From a virus (lineage: Duplodnaviria > Caudoviricetes): DNA of 64,000 nt. The position numbers were made by a program, and so were the translations under genes. Location: the IMG/VR virus record IMGVR_UViG_3300008107_006173; one strand, 5' to 3'. The notes under the pieces were generated by a model, which was not told where the DNA came from, did no database searches, and was given only the letters and a program-made list of their open reading frames with translations. This document shows positions 19,725 to 29,246 of the stretch, piece by piece; the first letter of the stretch is position 1; the number at the start of each line of letters is the position of its first letter.

Positions 19725-20833
19725 AAATCTTCCTCTTTGGGGACGAAGCCATTATTTGCAAAATATGTAGGCACCTTGCGCTTCAGCGTCTTTTTAATCT
19801 GAGCATTCAGGAACGGGATACCATGCGTTGGTAGCTTTTGCATACTGGGCTCGGGCTTGTCAGCGTCCTTAAAGTCCTTATACTTTTCTTCGTGCCAGTT
19901 TTCGTATGCAATTTCAGCCTTGGCCCAAAACGGCCCGCTGGGCGAAAAGTCTGCACGCCAAAATGTTGTAGCCATGTCTGCTAGATCGAGCATGTAGTCC
20001 TCATCAAGTTTTACACCTTCTGTGCGACAAATCATGATCCAAGTAAGCATCATATAGCTTTCTTTCGGTTGAACTGCTCGCTGTTGTCTAATAGCAGTCC
20101 AATATACGCCAAACAGATGTAGATCATCAGCGGTAGCCTTTTCAATCTCAGCCAAACGCGAAACAGCACCTACTTCGTGTGCATTGTCAAACTTTTCATG
20201 TGTAGCAAATAGTTTGAATCGCTCTAGTTGCTTTTGCTTTTCGTTTGCTTCGAGCCACTTTGGATTCTGCGAGCTATCTACTCGAACGCCGTAAAGCATC
20301 TGCATCCAGATGTCAATGGGATCTAGTGGCGTTACATCATCACCGTTGAGTCCAACAAAGCCTTCGCGTATTGCGGCTTTTTCAGTAGTGGGATAGATAA
20401 CAATGGGAATATCTGCTTCATCCCAGTTTTCACCAAAAACATATGTACAGATAATATACAGCATAATAACAGTATGCTGACCGTCCCATGCAGTATATAC
20501 ATCCTCTTCTGCGGGATGCGGATTAACAGAGATAGGCCTCACTTTAGTAGACCTAAATCCGTCAACTTTATTAATGCAGCTATCAATAACCAAAAATCGC
20601 TGCATAGTCTTGTCAACCTTAATTTTTGATCCTTTTGCTTTTTGTGCAATACACAGTGGAATATCACTAAATGTTTTCCATTGCGGATTCCTGCGCTTGA
20701 ATTCACGGCATGCCATCTTAATCTCAATTAGACGAGATTCGCTAACAAACTCCTGAAATCGAGTAGGCACATCAACATACTCGCTTTCAGAGTGATTGTA
20801 TCGTGCATTAAATTGATCTGCGTATGACGACAT
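19718..20833 (-). CDS. ParB/Srx-like (DGQH-motif) protein
   Basis: VDKTMQR...RPISV...WDGQHT. Own promoter TTGACT-17-TAATAT at about 20862-20893. Confidence 0.5.
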   Translation of the reverse strand: MSSYADQFNARYNHSESEYVDVPTRFQEFVSESRLIEIKMACREFKRRNPQWKTFSDIPLCIAQKAKGSKIKVDKTMQRFLVIDSCINKVDGFRSTKVRPISVNPHPAEEDVYTAWDGQHTVIMLYIICTYVFGENWDEADIPIVIYPTTEKAAIREGFVGLNGDDVTPLDPIDIWMQMLYGVRVDSSQNPKWLEANEKQKQLERFKLFATHEKFDNAHEVGAVSRLAEIEKATADDLHLFGVYWTAIRQQRAVQPKESYMMLTWIMICRTEGVKLDEDYMLDLADMATTFWRADFSPSGPFWAKAEIAYENWHEEKYKDFKDADKPEPSMQKLPTHGIPFLNAQIKKTLKRKVPTYFANNGFVPKEEDLW

Positions 20834-21064
20834 TTTAGAACTCCTAAATTTTAACTATGCCTATATATTAACAGATTTTTATCTAAAAGTCAACCACTTT
20901 AGCAATTAGAGCTTAAAATTAAAGCTAAGTTTATAATTATTTTATTCTAAACTAAATATTGTTGTGATGAAAGAAGATCCAGTTCTACACACAAATGCTG
21001 TTATTCAGGGTGCTAGCGGTTCGCTACGCACCTTTTTTAATGGCCTTAAATCACGGAGTCAAAT

Positions 21065-21832
21065 ATGTCACGACGAAAAAGAAAAGAAAATTACAATCGT
21101 TTTCATTCCGAGCAATTTGAAAAATTTAACAAAAAGGGAGAAGTGCATTTGAGATTAATACAAGGTGGCGCTGTAGAGCGAACAAGACACACTAAAGTAG
21201 ATATAACACCTAGAAATTTTCACCAAGACGATTTACTAGGTTACTTAGAAGATAGAAACATAGACATTGTTTTTGCAGTTGGCCCAGCCGGTACAGGTAA
21301 AACTATGATCTCAACACTAGCAGGAATAAAGGGTTTAAGAGAAGGAAAAATTGACAAATTTATCGTAACAAGACCAGCAGTGAGCGTAGATGAGCAACAT
21401 GGCTTTCTACCTGGTACATTACAAGAAAAAATGGCACCATGGACACGCCCAATCTTTGACATATTTGAGGAGTATTATAGATCAGATCAAATTGAATACA
21501 TGCTAAAGGAAAATAAAATTGAGATCGCACCATTAGCATATATGCGTGGTAGAACATTTAAAAATGCTTTCATTATTGCAGATGAAATGCAGAATGCTAC
21601 CGATAATCAAATGAAGATGTTGCTGACTCGTATTGGCGATGGCAGCAAACTAGTTGTAACAGGTGATCTTAATCAGCATGACCGAGGTTATGAAAGTAAC
21701 GGTCTAAAGATGTTTATTGATCGTCTGGTTGAAAAAGGCTCAGACAGAATCAAGTTAGTCGAATTCACAAGCCACGACATTGAAAGACATCCAGTTGTTG
21801 AAGAGGTGCTACGACTGTACGGCGAGGCTTAA
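21065..21832 (+). CDS. phoH: PhoH-family ATPase
   Basis: GPAGTGKT, GFLPG, IAPLAYMRGRTF, ADEMQN, TGDLNQHD; SD GGAG. Confidence 0.95.
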   Translation: MSRRKRKENYNRFHSEQFEKFNKKGEVHLRLIQGGAVERTRHTKVDITPRNFHQDDLLGYLEDRNIDIVFAVGPAGTGKTMISTLAGIKGLREGKIDKFIVTRPAVSVDEQHGFLPGTLQEKMAPWTRPIFDIFEEYYRSDQIEYMLKENKIEIAPLAYMRGRTFKNAFIIADEMQNATDNQMKMLLTRIGDGSKLVVTGDLNQHDRGYESNGLKMFIDRLVEKGSDRIKLVEFTSHDIERHPVVEEVLRLYGEA

Positions 21833-23292
21833 ACTAGATTTTGTTTTTTCTGGATGTAACTGCTGATTACCATGTCAGCAGTTACATTAGAATTTTCGTA
21901 TAGTTGTCTTATTTTATGTTCCCACGGATCAAATGAAGATAATCCTTTGTTCTTAATTGTGATTGCAAGGCGCTTGCTTAGTACCCTTGCCCCTTTGCTA
22001 TGCATTTGATCGTGCGTCCAATTTAAACTTATAGGATTTCCGTCTAACACAGTAATGCCGTATTTCTTTGGGTTTTTACTGAAATCACTGAAATTATATT
22101 CATTTCCTGGAATGTTGTATAGTCCTAGAGGGCTGGGTAAAATGGCTTTTAATAGCTTCTCATCGCACAACTGAGATATCGTTTCAATTATATGTTCTTT
22201 AGTTTCTAACGGTACACCGACAATATATCCACTACTTGTATGCCAGTGTGGATACTTGTCTCGAATAGTTCTCATAAAGTTCAGTGCTTGATCTTTATGA
22301 ATGCCTTTGCGGATAAGTTTACTTGCTTCCCTATGTAAGGTCTCGATGCCATAATAGTGTCCATGAAATCCAATCTCATCTAAAATTTCTAAATGTTCTG
22401 GTTTAGCCATTAAAAGATCAAATCGTTGGTAACCCACTATATATGGTTTATAATTTAATTCACTGGTTGCTGCTAAAAGATTATGTAATTTAGCTACATC
22501 TTCATTAAATGTATCATCAACACAACTAAAGTTTTTAATTCCATATCGTGTGTACGCAGAATCCATCATTGTAAATATTTTTTCTGCTTCACTATCATTT
22601 ACTTTTTTAGCATTGCGAAATTCATGCGAACAGAATGTACAGTTAAACTTGCACCCGAGCCTAGTTTCAAAATGAATAATGTCGTTATGATCTAAACAAA
22701 AGTCGTCATACAAAACAGGAACAATTGGATCCTCCACAACAACATTTGTTGGATTGTGATAAATTGAGCAATCAAATTTGTTTTTTACAAAGAAGTTGTT
22801 AACCGGTGCTTTGTCTAAAATATACTGCAAGAATAAATGTAAACTTCTTGCTTTAAATACACCATCAGGCTTCAAATCTATTAATGTTGAATCTGCAGGC
22901 GGTATTGCACCGCCAATTATTAGTGTTACATCAATATTTTTTTTAAGTAGCTTGATTGCCGTGTTTACTGGTCTTCCGTTGTGCAGCTGACTATCGTTAA
23001 ACATGATGCTAGCACAAATCATTACTCGTTTGATTGAATGTTTGGAACACCAATCAGCCATAAATTTGCATAAGACTTCAGCATCCCAAAAGTCAGCATA
23101 GTTGATTACGGTACTCGGTATGCTTCTAATATTGAACTGATGGTGGAGCCAAAACGGTGCTAATGGTTTAATAGTATTAGTGCGTCCTAACATTGTTGAA
23201 TTGTTAGTACAATCTAAAATTATTGCTCCATCAAACACTTTAGAATCCCTGTAACCAGGCTGACTTTTCCTTAATGTACTTTTTAACAACAA
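21829..23292 (-). CDS. B12-binding-like domain + radical SAM protein (paralog 2)
   Basis: ETRLGCKFNCTFC, VDDTFN, YGIETL, YIVGVPLET. Confidence 0.85.
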   Translation of the reverse strand: MLLKSTLRKSQPGYRDSKVFDGAIILDCTNNSTMLGRTNTIKPLAPFWLHHQFNIRSIPSTVINYADFWDAEVLCKFMADWCSKHSIKRVMICASIMFNDSQLHNGRPVNTAIKLLKKNIDVTLIIGGAIPPADSTLIDLKPDGVFKARSLHLFLQYILDKAPVNNFFVKNKFDCSIYHNPTNVVVEDPIVPVLYDDFCLDHNDIIHFETRLGCKFNCTFCSHEFRNAKKVNDSEAEKIFTMMDSAYTRYGIKNFSCVDDTFNEDVAKLHNLLAATSELNYKPYIVGYQRFDLLMAKPEHLEILDEIGFHGHYYGIETLHREASKLIRKGIHKDQALNFMRTIRDKYPHWHTSSGYIVGVPLETKEHIIETISQLCDEKLLKAILPSPLGLYNIPGNEYNFSDFSKNPKKYGITVLDGNPISLNWTHDQMHSKGARVLSKRLAITIKNKGLSSFDPWEHKIRQLYENSNVTADMVISSYIQKKQNLV

Positions 23293-24694
23293 TATCTCGT
23301 TTTCTGTTTAATAAGGGCAGCGTGTTGTTATAGTCCGGTATTGACATATTTAAGCCAAGCGCCTGCAGACCTGCAATCTCATGCGCCGTATACGCTGATG
23401 TGAGATTTTTAGCAAAGAACCTATCAACTTTAGCGGATAGTGTTGATGCAGCAGACAAATTAGTCCAGTCGTTTTTCCAAGAACTTGATGAATATCCTAG
23501 CTCTTTCCATTCTTGTGTATCGTCTAGTGGTGTGTAGCCAAACTTTTCAGGATTTAAATCAATATCGCTCATGATGTCTTTATTACTTAAATCTCTATAC
23601 AATCTTAGAGCATTGCACCCTGCACTAGTTAATAACTGCTCATCAGCAATGATATGATTGTAATGCCAAATACTTTCTTCACTATCACCAGTCAAGCCAA
23701 TAATGAAATTCGCATAGGTAAATGCTTCGGGATATTCCTGTTTTAATAATCTAAGTGTATCTAAGTTTTTCTCAGACCTACCGCCTTTGCGGATCATTTT
23801 AGTCACATTTGGATTTAAACTTTCAATACCAAAGAACATAGTATTGATGCGTGATGCCTTTAGTAATTCAATCTGATGCTGTTGTGCTGCTAATACATCT
23901 AATCTAACAAACGCCATAAATGACGGTTCAAAAGATAGATCCTTCACTACATCTGAAAGCAGTAATAATTTACTATCAACTTCGTTGATTGTATCGTCAG
24001 CAAGAATAAAATTGGTCATACCAAATTTATTATATGCTGTTTCTAAACTTTCAACAACTGCGTCCTTGGTAGCAAGCATGGGGTTTTTGTTATTGCGGAA
24101 ATCGTATCCACAGAAGCTACAATTAAACTTGCACCCTAATGCAAGTTCAATAGTAAAGAATTCACCAGACTGCCAAAAATCTGTTTCTATTGGTACAGGG
24201 CAAACTGGATTTTCTAAAATCTTAGTAGGTGGATTCTTTAGAGTTAGCGGATCTGTTGCAAATACATACTTGCTTATATCCTTACCCTGAATCCATTCTG
24301 AAAAGATATTAGTGCTTCTACCAACAAATGAAACGTCAACCCAAGAGCTATCACCAACTACTACGCGATAACCACCGAGTATAACTTTTAGATGTGGAAT
24401 GTCTTTTTTAAGCTCTAATACCAATGATTTAAAATCGTCAGTACTACTACCGTCAATGCTACCACTAAGGGCTAGCCAAATGCCATCGCTATCACCAAAC
24501 CATTTAAGGATTGATGTTTTGAGTAGTTCTAATGGCCATTCACGCCAATAGTCCATGTTAGTTGCATCTACTCCCAAACTTCTTGCAACGGCAGCAATAT
24601 GCAAACTACCTGCGGGCCTGCCGTTATTTTTTATCAGACCTACTCTAGTAGGTTTCAAACCGAGATCTGATAAAATTAGAAGTTTCTTCATCAC
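23240..24694 (-). CDS. B12-binding-like domain + radical SAM protein (paralog 1)
   Basis: N-terminal GSLHIAA...KVILGG Rossmann-type domain; LGCKFNCSFC; ADDTIN; FGIESL; FIIGLTGDS. Confidence 0.88.
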   Translation of the reverse strand: MMKKLLILSDLGLKPTRVGLIKNNGRPAGSLHIAAVARSLGVDATNMDYWREWPLELLKTSILKWFGDSDGIWLALSGSIDGSSTDDFKSLVLELKKDIPHLKVILGGYRVVVGDSSWVDVSFVGRSTNIFSEWIQGKDISKYVFATDPLTLKNPPTKILENPVCPVPIETDFWQSGEFFTIELALGCKFNCSFCGYDFRNNKNPMLATKDAVVESLETAYNKFGMTNFILADDTINEVDSKLLLLSDVVKDLSFEPSFMAFVRLDVLAAQQHQIELLKASRINTMFFGIESLNPNVTKMIRKGGRSEKNLDTLRLLKQEYPEAFTYANFIIGLTGDSEESIWHYNHIIADEQLLTSAGCNALRLYRDLSNKDIMSDIDLNPEKFGYTPLDDTQEWKELGYSSSSWKNDWTNLSAASTLSAKVDRFFAKNLTSAYTAHEIAGLQALGLNMSIPDYNNTLPLLNRKRDIVVKKYIKEKSAWLQGF

Positions 24695-25614
24695 TGGGAA
24701 TTCAATTGTAGCTCAATTAGTGTAGCACTAAGATTAATTTCTGAATCAGCACATAGGCTGCTCTTGGCCATTCCATCACGAATAATCACAACAGCTTGGT
24801 CCTGTTGTAACTGTGTCTTGCCCCAAAGATCTAGATTGCGATACATGAAGCGATACACTTCGTCATACTCTTCCGGCCGGGCTTGCCCTACAATAAGTTC
24901 ACGAGCAGTTTTATATTCGCCACTCTTAAACAGATCAATAGCATTCAGCATCCAATCACTGGAACTCTTATCACCTGCTTGCGGCTTTTGTAATGTACCA
25001 TCAACAACATTTTGCTGTACTAGGTTAATACACTTACGCAAGTCTGGATAGGTTGCTTGTACATAAGTGTCCAGCGTTTCTAGATCAATATCAACACCTT
25101 CGGTTACACAGATTTCTGCAATCCTTGCAGTAAATTCTGTAATGTCTAACTTTTCAATGTGAAAGCCCTGACAACGACTGTGTAGTGCAGGAATAATCTT
25201 ATGAGGATAGTTACAAGTTAGGATAAATCTACAGAAGTTGCTAAATGTTTCCATAACATTACGCAATGCTGCTTGAGCGTTTGGAGACAGGTAATCCGCC
25301 TCGTCAAGTAGAATATATCGCATACCACCAAAGCCCATTGTAGTTGCAAACTTTGTGATACGATCTCTTACTTCATCAACACCATTTTGAGATGAACCAT
25401 TCATCTCTAAAATATCCATACTATCGACACCAAGCTCGTTGAGCAATACTCTTGCTAGAGTAGTTTTTCCTGTACCGGGAGCACCGCTAAACAATAGATG
25501 CGGCAATGCACCATCAGTAATCCAGCCACTCACCTGTTGTTTTTGTTTCGTGTCGCGAAACACATATTCGTTAATCGCCTTGGGGCGATATTTTTCTGTC
25601 CAAAGTTCTTTCAT
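24691..25614 (-). CDS. Clamp loader AAA+ subunit (RFC-small/T4 gp44-like)
   Basis: WTEKYRP, GAPGTGKT, LLDEAD, SRC motif. Confidence 0.92.
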   Translation of the reverse strand: MKELWTEKYRPKAINEYVFRDTKQKQQVSGWITDGALPHLLFSGAPGTGKTTLARVLLNELGVDSMDILEMNGSSQNGVDEVRDRITKFATTMGFGGMRYILLDEADYLSPNAQAALRNVMETFSNFCRFILTCNYPHKIIPALHSRCQGFHIEKLDITEFTARIAEICVTEGVDIDLETLDTYVQATYPDLRKCINLVQQNVVDGTLQKPQAGDKSSSDWMLNAIDLFKSGEYKTARELIVGQARPEEYDEVYRFMYRNLDLWGKTQLQQDQAVVIIRDGMAKSSLCADSEINLSATLIELQLNSQ

Positions 25615-25623
25615 TGCGCTCTC

Positions 25624-25854
25624 TTATTGAATGGTAATATCTGGTATATCTAGCTTTTTAACTCGGTCTCGTGAATTATATATCTCCAACATAATATCGT
25701 TGAAATCACTTTCCGAAAGGATAGTTTTATAGATAGTTAATGCCTGTGCTGCTAGTACAGCAGCAATTTCTAAACCGCTATGACCGTCTGTTAATGTTTT
25801 TTCTGCAACAAATTGCATTACATCTTGGTAGAGTTGCTCAGTTAAATCTTTCAT
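25624..25854 (-). CDS. Hypothetical protein
   Basis: 76-aa ORF coupled to its neighbours. Confidence 0.6.
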   Translation of the reverse strand: MKDLTEQLYQDVMQFVAEKTLTDGHSGLEIAAVLAAQALTIYKTILSESDFNDIMLEIYNSRDRVKKLDIPDITIQ

Positions 25855-26021
25855 ACTAGTTCCTCTAGAACGCCTAGCAGCTCTGCGCCAATTAGAAGTA
25901 GGCCTGCTCCTACTAGATTGCCCTGTATCAGGAATACGCCAGCAATAATACGCAGAACGCTTTTGCTTAGGCTTACATAAAAATGACCCTTACCGGGGTC
26001 CTTGGAATTGATTTTAAACAT
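25851..26021 (-). CDS. Small membrane protein
   Basis: Start MFKINSK after SD AGGAG; promoter TTGACA-17-TATAAT at 26047-26075. Confidence 0.6.
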   Translation of the reverse strand: MFKINSKDPGKGHFYVSLSKSVLRIIAGVFLIQGNLVGAGLLLIGAELLGVLEELV

Positions 26022-26238
26022 ACATGGTCTCCTATGTCCCATGTACATTATAGCAAAAAAACAGGCTTATGTCAATTGTTTTTTGTTTTACCCATCTCGA
26101 CACCTGCGGCGCTGAGAATCAAAAGTATAGAAAGTATTAACCACCAAGCTGAAACTTGCCCCCAAATAACAGCGGCAAGTAGAATATTGCCCGAAAGGCC
26201 TAGGGAAGTTAACCCAACTTTTTCAACTGTTGATATTT

Positions 26239-26610
26239 TCATATAAATTCTTTCTTTGCTGCACTCACAGCATTAGTATTGAAAACAATAGTATCAGATG
26301 GAGGTTCATCGCTGACTAGCAAGCATGCCTTTGGGTCGACTTTCCATACCTTCTTTTTATTTTCTGGAGTATCAAAGCGTTCATCTTCTAATTCAATCGC
26401 TTCTGTCCAACGAGCATATTCAACATAAACCCATTGCCCGGGCTGTATCCAATCGATATCTGGGCCTACTTCAAATACGCGAAACCAGCGAGGCACAATG
26501 CCTTCGCCCTTGCCAATAGTACTTTGTACAATTAGTCCGCCAGCGGTAACCTTATCACCAAAGTCGCCATCGGTACACAGTATATTATCTCTAATTGCTC
26601 GCAGTTGCAT
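26239..26610 (-). CDS. groES: GroES/Cpn10-like co-chaperonin
   Basis: MQLRAIRDNIL...KVTAGGLIV...EVGP; SD GGAGG before ATG 26610. Confidence 0.75.
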   Translation of the reverse strand: MQLRAIRDNILCTDGDFGDKVTAGGLIVQSTIGKGEGIVPRWFRVFEVGPDIDWIQPGQWVYVEYARWTEAIELEDERFDTPENKKKVWKVDPKACLLVSDEPPSDTIVFNTNAVSAAKKEFI

Positions 26611-26611
26611 T

Positions 26612-26995
26612 TTAGCCTCCAAGTTTCTTAAAAGCGCGGCGCATCCGTATATCATGTTTTAGATCTCCCATTGGATGCTCGTCGGGGAGATCATTAATTA
26701 CTTCCAACAACAATTTTAAATCGTTAATGAGTGTGGCATCAATTTGAGCGTCTTCTTTGCCTGTCTTAATAGTTATAACACCTGCGGCAGCCGGTTGCGT
26801 AAATGCAAATCCGTTACCACTGATACCACTGATACTGTGAGGAACTGTAAATGTAGGAGCCGCTGTTGTTATTGTACCTGCTGCTGTCTTTAGCCCGTGA
26901 TGCGGACCAGAAAGAATACTATTGCCATTTTGATTAGCAAAGACTGTTTTACTATTACTCATCACTCTTATACACGGGAACCATTTCGATGTCAC
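26612..26995 (-). CDS. Hypothetical protein
   Basis: 127-aa ORF; start uncertain. Confidence 0.5.
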   Translation of the reverse strand: MTSKWFPCIRVMSNSKTVFANQNGNSILSGPHHGLKTAAGTITTAAPTFTVPHSISGISGNGFAFTQPAAAGVITIKTGKEDAQIDATLINDLKLLLEVINDLPDEHPMGDLKHDIRMRRAFKKLGG

Positions 26996-27371
26996 CGTTT
27001 GGGAGTGTTACTTCTCTATAACCAATTGGTTCAACGGGAGCATCAAACTCATCGGGCTCAGCGACCGGAGCAGGCTTATTAGCCTTTGCTGTTGCTGCTG
27101 TCTTTACTTCAGCAGTTTTAGGAGCATCAGGCGTTAATTTAGCTGATGGTGTTTCACCCTTAAGGCTTGCTGATGAGGTACTGCTGCGAGGATTGCTTTT
27201 ATAATATGCTCGCACACGCTCTTCGTTCTTTTGAACAATTTCACCACCTTTACCTAGCACATCACCCTGTGCGTTGACACGCATGTTTCCAACCGCAGGC
27301 GATGCCTGTTGACTGGCTATAAGCGCATCAAAATCTACTTGCATACCTCGGTTGCTTCTGCGAACAGTCAT
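26955..27371 (-). CDS. Hypothetical protein with Ala/Pro/Lys-rich linker
   Basis: 138-aa ORF, SD GAGG. Confidence 0.65.
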   Translation of the reverse strand: MTVRRSNRGMQVDFDALIASQQASPAVGNMRVNAQGDVLGKGGEIVQKNEERVRAYYKSNPRSSTSSASLKGETPSAKLTPDAPKTAEVKTAATAKANKPAPVAEPDEFDAPVEPIGYREVTLPNGDIEMVPVYKSDE

Positions 27372-27378
27372 TTTAACC

Positions 27379-27837
27379 TCACTTTAAAAATTCTCTAATA
27401 TCTAAATTATATTTAACACTATCAATCTTGTGAACCCCGATGAGGTAGAGGCAGTAACTAGCTACACTACTGCCTCTACCCACACCCCAAACAAGATTGT
27501 GTTTACGCATCGTATCAACAATATATATCAACAATTGCAGTATTGGAAATAACTTCCTGGTGCGGAATAATTCTAGTTCCATTTCTACACGGTCTTGCCC
27601 ATCGGGCGTTAAGTTACGAGATAGATTACGCACATACTGCTCAACATCAATTTGCTTGTAGTGTTGGGGTATATTGAACTCCTTGCTATAATCAATTTTA
27701 TTTACAAGTTGCTCAATATCCAATTGTTCGCACATACTGTTGAATTTATCAACATCATCGAAAGGGATATTATATAGACTTCTACCTCTATATAATAATT
27801 CAATTCCTTGATCTTCAGTGCAGAGTATTTGTTGCAT
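27379..27837 (-). CDS. Stand-alone fragment of DNA polymerase III alpha (DnaE-like)
   Basis: RVEMELE...GVGRGSSVASYCLYLIGVHKIDSVKYNLDIREFL matches the DnaE GRGSxAGSLVxYxLGIT region. Perfect promoter TTGACA-17-TATAAT (27844-27872). Confidence 0.8.
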   Translation of the reverse strand: MQQILCTEDQGIELLYRGRSLYNIPFDDVDKFNSMCEQLDIEQLVNKIDYSKEFNIPQHYKQIDVEQYVRNLSRNLTPDGQDRVEMELELFRTRKLFPILQLLIYIVDTMRKHNLVWGVGRGSSVASYCLYLIGVHKIDSVKYNLDIREFLK

Positions 27838-27874
27838 TATTATATTATAACTTAATAACTTTTGATTGTCAATA

Positions 27875-28633
27875 CTAAATTACTTTTGGGATCCACTTTT
27901 TGGGTTTCTTTTCGGCAAAATCAATTTCTATAACTTCTGCTTCTTCGGGGGCTTTCCCTTCTTTGGAATCTTTTGCCCGCTTGAACAGCGATCTAATTTC
28001 TTCCTCAAGTACTTCAAATGCTTGATTATGCATGTTAGCATCTTCATCTTCATCTTGCATACGCTTGCGTACAGCTTCTAGTTCCTCAGGAGATTCTGCA
28101 CAGTTATCAAATGTGCTAGCATCATTCCTATCCCACCATGGCTCTTCCCAAAAACTTAGTTCGCCCAACCATTCGGCCGTCGACGGTAATGCTGGCACTA
28201 CATCATCAAACTCATCTGAGAAGTAATCATAGTTTAATTGGAGGTCTAGGTCTCTTAGTTGTATTCTTTCAATGTTTGAGTGTGTTGCGATAGCATTCAT
28301 TTTAGAATGTAGTGCTAAAACAAGAATGTGTTCTTCGAGCGTTGGGAGTATCATTAAATTATTATCAAATGATGTAGCTATATATTTGTGCATTTCTGCC
28401 ATGATATCATTTTTAAAAACAAAACTTTCGTTAACTACATTTTCTAAGAAGTATAAAATTTTACTGAAGCTTACATTTTGATCTACTTGGGCTTGAAAAA
28501 TATCATCTACTTCTGACCCATCAGTTGATAATGTAAAGCCTAATTCGTAGGTTTTAACTTCTACTTTTTTGATGCTGTTATCAAACATCATTAATTTTAG
28601 TTTAATAGTTTTTTCAAGATTGAAGCTTCTCAC
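27875..28633 (-). CDS. Hypothetical acidic protein
   Basis: 252-aa ORF. Confidence 0.65.
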   Translation of the reverse strand: MRSFNLEKTIKLKLMMFDNSIKKVEVKTYELGFTLSTDGSEVDDIFQAQVDQNVSFSKILYFLENVVNESFVFKNDIMAEMHKYIATSFDNNLMILPTLEEHILVLALHSKMNAIATHSNIERIQLRDLDLQLNYDYFSDEFDDVVPALPSTAEWLGELSFWEEPWWDRNDASTFDNCAESPEELEAVRKRMQDEDEDANMHNQAFEVLEEEIRSLFKRAKDSKEGKAPEEAEVIEIDFAEKKPKKWIPKVI

Positions 28634-28932
28634 TTTTTCACCCCCTTGTGGTATTGTTGTACAACAGCGTTAAGTAGAACTTCCTTACTATAGTCTGGTG
28701 TAAAAGTTTCCTGGTCTACGGTACCAATTTCAATTATTTTATCTTCAACTTTTACACGCTTCTTGTAACACATTTCATCATAGGCATCGTTAGCAATGCC
28801 GATCATGTCAACTAATTGATTATAGATCGGGGATGTGGCATTAATTTTAAAAAGCTGTTTGTTTAATCTTTCAATTTCAGCCACAAGTTTATCCTCAGGC
28901 AACTCGTATACTTTTGCATAATAATCTTCCAT
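28630..28932 (-). CDS. Hypothetical protein
   Basis: 100-aa coupled ORF. Confidence 0.6.
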   Translation of the reverse strand: MEDYYAKVYELPEDKLVAEIERLNKQLFKINATSPIYNQLVDMIGIANDAYDEMCYKKRVKVEDKIIEIGTVDQETFTPDYSKEVLLNAVVQQYHKGVKK

Positions 28933-29246
28933 TAGTTGCCTCCGGTAATTATTTTAAAGAATGCCATGCTCTCTGCATCCTTAAATCTTATTTCATTATT
29001 TTTGAGTTGATAGTCCCATAATTCTCTGAGACCTAATTGTTTGAGTTTAGTTTTAATCTCTTCTCTATGACTGCTATTGATTCTAATGTCAAATTTAATT
29101 CTATAGCTGCGCCATTGCATCCAAAGATCAAAAAAGTATGAAGTTCGTTCAGTGACTGAAGGATTCAATTTACCAAAGGCTTGAATCATTTCGTCGTCTA
29201 TAAAGATATCCTTGTAGATACTACTGCGGGATGCACTTTTGCTCAT
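28932..29246 (-). CDS. Small hypothetical protein (same C-terminal motif family)
   Basis: EIRFKDAESMAFFKI. Confidence 0.55.
   Translation of the reverse strand: MSKSASRSSIYKDIFIDDEMIQAFGKLNPSVTERTSYFFDLWMQWRSYRIKFDIRINSSHREEIKTKLKQLGLRELWDYQLKNNEIRFKDAESMAFFKIITGGN

Noticed and set aside
20964-21152. 62-aa ORF upstream of and overlapping phoH
   Set aside because: No SD and out-of-frame overlap; more likely part of a long phoH 5' leader.
27379-27837. Split-intein DnaE as in cyanobacteria
   Set aside because: ORF ends REFLK with no Cys/Ser-initiated intein N-fragment.
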